From Collinsella sp. (GTDB lineage: Bacteria > Actinomycetota > Coriobacteriia > Coriobacteriales > Coriobacteriaceae), in assembly GCA_036553025.1 (NCBI GenBank), contig JAXKBK010000040.1:1044-65043 (forward strand): 64,000 bases of DNA, read 5' to 3'. This document shows, in pieces, positions 63,388 to 64,000 of the stretch. The position numbers and the translations under genes were made by a program. Each line of letters starts with the position of its first letter. Position 1 is the stretch's first letter. The notes under the pieces were generated by a model, which saw nothing but the letters and a program-made list of their open reading frames with translations, was not told the DNA's origin and searched no databases.

Positions 63388-64000
63388 ATGGCTTCAGATG
63401 CAAAAAAGATTCTGCTGGTCGAGGATGAGAAGGCAATCCGTGACGCCGTCGCTGCCTATCTCGAGCGCGAAGGCTACTGGGTTGTGGGCGTCGGCGATGG
63501 CCAGTCCGCGATCGAGGAGTTCGAGAAGCATCAGTTCGACCTGGTCGTGCTCGACCTTATGCTCCCCAAGATCCCCGGCGAGCGCGTTTGCCGCACCATT
63601 CGCGATACCTCGGATGTCCCCATCATCATGCTGACGGCTAAGGGCGAGATCGAGGACCGTATTATCGGTCTTGAGCTCGGCGCCGACGACTATCTGATTA
63701 AGCCGTTCTCGCCGCGCGAGCTCGTCGCCCGCGTTCGCGCTCTGTTCCGCCGTGCCCATCAGGCCGACGAGCCCGCCGTCGAGGTACTCGACTTCGGCGA
63801 TCTGGTCATCGATATCTCGGGCCACAAGATCTTGGTCGAGGGCAAGGAAGTCGATCTGACGGCTTCCGAGTTCAAGCTGCTCACCACGCTTGCCCGCCAT
63901 CCCGGCCGTGTGTATAACCGCATGGAGCTGGTCGAGAAAGTGCTCGGGTATGACTTTGAGGGCTATGAGCGCACCATCGATAGCCACGTGAAGAATCTTC
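63388..64000 (+). CDS. OmpR-family two-component response regulator (partial; runs off window end)
   Basis: Not in the ORF track because it has no stop in the window. From ATG 63388 it reads MASDAKKILLVEDEKAIRDAVAAYLEREGYWVVGVGDGQSAIEEFEKHQFDLVVLDLMLPKIPG..GADDYLIKPFSPRELVARV..LTASEFKLLTTLARHPGRVY. Confidence 0.9.
   Translation, partial: MASDAKKILLVEDEKAIRDAVAAYLEREGYWVVGVGDGQSAIEEFEKHQFDLVVLDLMLPKIPGERVCRTIRDTSDVPIIMLTAKGEIEDRIIGLELGADDYLIKPFSPRELVARVRALFRRAHQADEPAVEVLDFGDLVIDISGHKILVEGKEVDLTASEFKLLTTLARHPGRVYNRMELVEKVLGYDFEGYERTIDSHVKNL

Noticed and set aside
63394-63987. 197-aa minus-strand ORF, and the + ORF 63383..63634
   Set aside because: The open-ended + frame starting at 63388 encodes an unmistakable OmpR-type response regulator. 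The listed ORFs are the antisense and an out-of-frame artefact.

Overview
GC-rich bacterial chromosome segment centred on the replication origin. The gene content and order look actinobacterial, probably Coriobacteriia-like, but that is inference only. Nearly every gene from 1 to about 33.4 kb is on the minus strand: carB, carA, purD, purA, dnaB, rplI-rpsR-ssb-rpsF, typA, gyrA, gyrB, DUF721/DciA, recF, dnaN, dnaA. From 33.7 to 38.8 kb the genes are on the plus strand: rpmH-rnpA-yidD-yidC-jag-rsmG-parA-parB. This places oriC at roughly 30.0-33.65 kb. DnaA-box-like 9-mers occur on both sides of dnaA, and an AT-rich stretch lies between dnaA and dnaN. Three perfect parS palindromes sit upstream of parA. 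Six tRNA genes are present: 2 Ser, Ile-Ala-Ile and Gly. The right half mixes core genes (rlmN, ddl, purB) with accessory-looking cargo. That cargo includes a DnaQ-exonuclease/DinG helicase fusion convergent with a PafB/PafC-like WYL regulator pair, and a membrane M28-like protein carrying a very long acidic disordered insert. It also includes a thioester-domain LPXTG adhesin, a Big_2-repeat LAXTG surface protein with a G9 tract in its putative promoter spacer, and a solute-binding-protein/GGDEF pair. No CRISPR array, integrase, transposase or recognisable defence system was seen. The most unusual items are: (1) a GHKL-ATPase / Q,P,Y-rich low-complexity / winged-helix protein wedged between the rpmH-side DnaA-box cluster and dnaA; (2) a single-gene cassette encoding a DUF559-like nuclease-fold protein, bracketed by inverted copies of an 80-nt hairpin element next to the tRNA-Ser genes; (3) several structured or palindromic intergenic elements near tRNA genes. 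Many long ORFs in the supplied track are antisense shadows of real genes, as is typical of GC-rich DNA, and were rejected.
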